Below, piece by piece: positions 63,251 through 64,000 of a stretch of DNA of 64,000 nt. This DNA is from an uncultured Verrucomicrobiota bacterium (GTDB taxonomy: Bacteria > Verrucomicrobiota > Verrucomicrobiia > Limisphaerales > UBA1319). The stretch's first letter is position 1, and each line of letters begins with the position of its first letter. The stretch lies in the NCBI GenBank assembly GCA_903845125.1, contig CAIMWS010000344.1, positions 24,290 through 88,289 of the forward strand. The letters are read 5' to 3'. A model generated the notes under the pieces. That model ran no database searches. It was not told the origin of the DNA and worked only from the letters and a program-made list of their open reading frames with translations. The translations under genes were made by a program, and so were the position numbers.

Positions 63251-64000
63251 TTGGCGGGCGGTGGGGGGGTATCCTGGGGTAGGGCGGCGGGGACGGCGGG
63301 ATTTCCATTCCGGGCCTCATGGCCGTTTTTGCGCACCAGGACGAGCGCGTTGGCCATGGGCCGCTCCCGGCCCTCCGAGGGGTTGTTCATGACCTGGCCG
63401 TAAACCCAGCAGGTGGCCGAGCCGCCCCCATCCAGGTTCATCCCCTCCACGCAGCCCAGTTTCACCAGGTAATCGGCCAGTTCCCGCCAGGTCATGCCCA
63501 CGGAAAGGTTGATCTGGCGGCCATCGACTTCCACCAGGAAGAGGTATTCCTGGTTCCAGCCTACGGCCGTGCGCGGATGGCGGACTCCGGCATCCAGGCC
63601 GGCCACCGGTTGGCCGCCGCGGACCAGCACCGGCCCGCCGCTCAACGCCGTGCGGACGCCGTTCAAGGCGGGTTGGGTCTGGGTGGAAACGGCCAGGAGC
63701 GTGCCCGGGGGGGCCTCCGGCGCCTTGGCGGCGACCTGCGGCCCCAGCGATAACACCAGGGTATCCGCGGAGAGCGGCGCATTGCCCTGCCGGCGGACCT
63801 CGCGCACCCGCGCGGCATAGGTCTGGCTGGCGCTCAGCGGCAGCCAGGGACCAGATCCCGCCGCCTCCAAAATCCATTCCACCCCGCCGACGGTGTGGGT
63901 GGAGGAGCCGGTGGCGGCGGTGTAAAGCACGGCGGCGGCAGCGGCCCGCTCCTCATTGAGGCCCACCGGCAGCCGGGTGCCATTGGGCCAGGCCACCTCG
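63247..64000 (-). CDS. phosphodiester glycosidase (NAGPA/DUF2233) family protein, C-terminal part; 5' end beyond the window
   Basis: ...HPRTAVGWNQEYLFLVEVDGRQINLSVGMTWRELADYLVKLGCVEGMNLDGGGSATCW is the typical NAGPA-domain core. The track 'M' at 63996 is a GTG, and the frame stays open to the window edge. Confidence 0.7.
   Translation of the reverse strand, partial: EVAWPNGTRLPVGLNEERAAAAAVLYTAATGSSTHTVGGVEWILEAAGSGPWLPLSASQTYAARVREVRRQGNAPLSADTLVLSLGPQVAAKAPEAPPGTLLAVSTQTQPALNGVRTALSGGPVLVRGGQPVAGLDAGVRHPRTAVGWNQEYLFLVEVDGRQINLSVGMTWRELADYLVKLGCVEGMNLDGGGSATCWVYGQVMNNPSEGRERPMANALVLVRKNGHEARNGNPAVPAALPQDTPPPPAK

Noticed and set aside
1-64000. Searched by eye for CRISPR arrays, IS/transposase/integrase genes, phage modules, rRNA genes and toxin-antitoxin pairs
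   Set aside because: I found no regularly spaced direct repeats, no DDE/tyrosine-recombinase motifs and no rRNA-like conserved segments. The region looks like core chromosome rather than a mobile island.

Overview
This is a GC-rich bacterial chromosomal segment with no plasmid, phage or IS hallmarks. I call about 55 credible protein-coding genes on both strands and discard many long GC-driven shadow ORFs from the six-frame track. The protein architectures resemble a PVC-superphylum organism, most like Verrucomicrobiota. They include secreted FGE-sulfatase/PKD/Ig fusions, a Tat-signal DegT aminotransferase, tandem DUF1579-like proteins, recurrent 'W...FYRL' beta-sandwich modules and LamG/GH proteins. 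That taxonomic guess rests on family knowledge, not on a search. Left to right the window contains:
- a truncated NtrC-type regulator;
- a VirB11-like ATPase overlapping a LarA-family gene;
- two tandem secreted paralogues;
- a GH51 arabinofuranosidase;
- a polyproline mini-ORF;
- a large FGE-domain secreted protein;
- an SNase-like nuclease;
- a GlcF-like Fe-S protein;
- a dCMP-deaminase-like protein;
- a polyol/sugar-type redox island (2-hydroxyacid DH, Tat-DegT, SDR, SMP-30-like, SnoaL-like, glycerol DH);
- a LamG-containing putative glycosidase;
- a TetR-MFP-RND efflux operon;
- an RmlD-like reductase;
- an Ig-domain protein;
- a 9-haem cytochrome fused to Ig/PKD domains;
- ChlI-like AAA+ and vWA reading frames joined by an A_AAA_AAG run;
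- FecR plus a CHASE2 class III cyclase;
- a seven-gene Mce/Mla-PIN/TRAM-Memo/AMMECR1 operon;
- a thioredoxin-fold/OB-fold pair divergent from a CbcL-like multihaem-c/cytochrome-b pair;
- a UvrD-family helicase;
- a lone flagellin gene with a textbook sigma-28 promoter and two GGA hairpins in its leader;
- zinc-ribbon membrane proteins, including a PrsW-type protease interrupted by an in-frame TAG;
- a GH5-like enzyme, DinB, a trypsin-like protease and a truncated NAGPA-like protein.
I recognised no rRNA, tRNA, CRISPR array, transposase or integrase. The most interesting candidates are:
1. a possible dnaX-style -1 frameshift that fuses the ChlI-like and vWA frames;
2. a candidate extracellular-electron-transfer toolkit (CbcL-like fusion plus a surface-type 9-haem protein);
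3. the tightly coupled Mce-PIN/TRAM-Memo/AMMECR1 operon;
4. the flagellin leader architecture.
All functional calls come from motif recognition by eye. None is backed by a database search.
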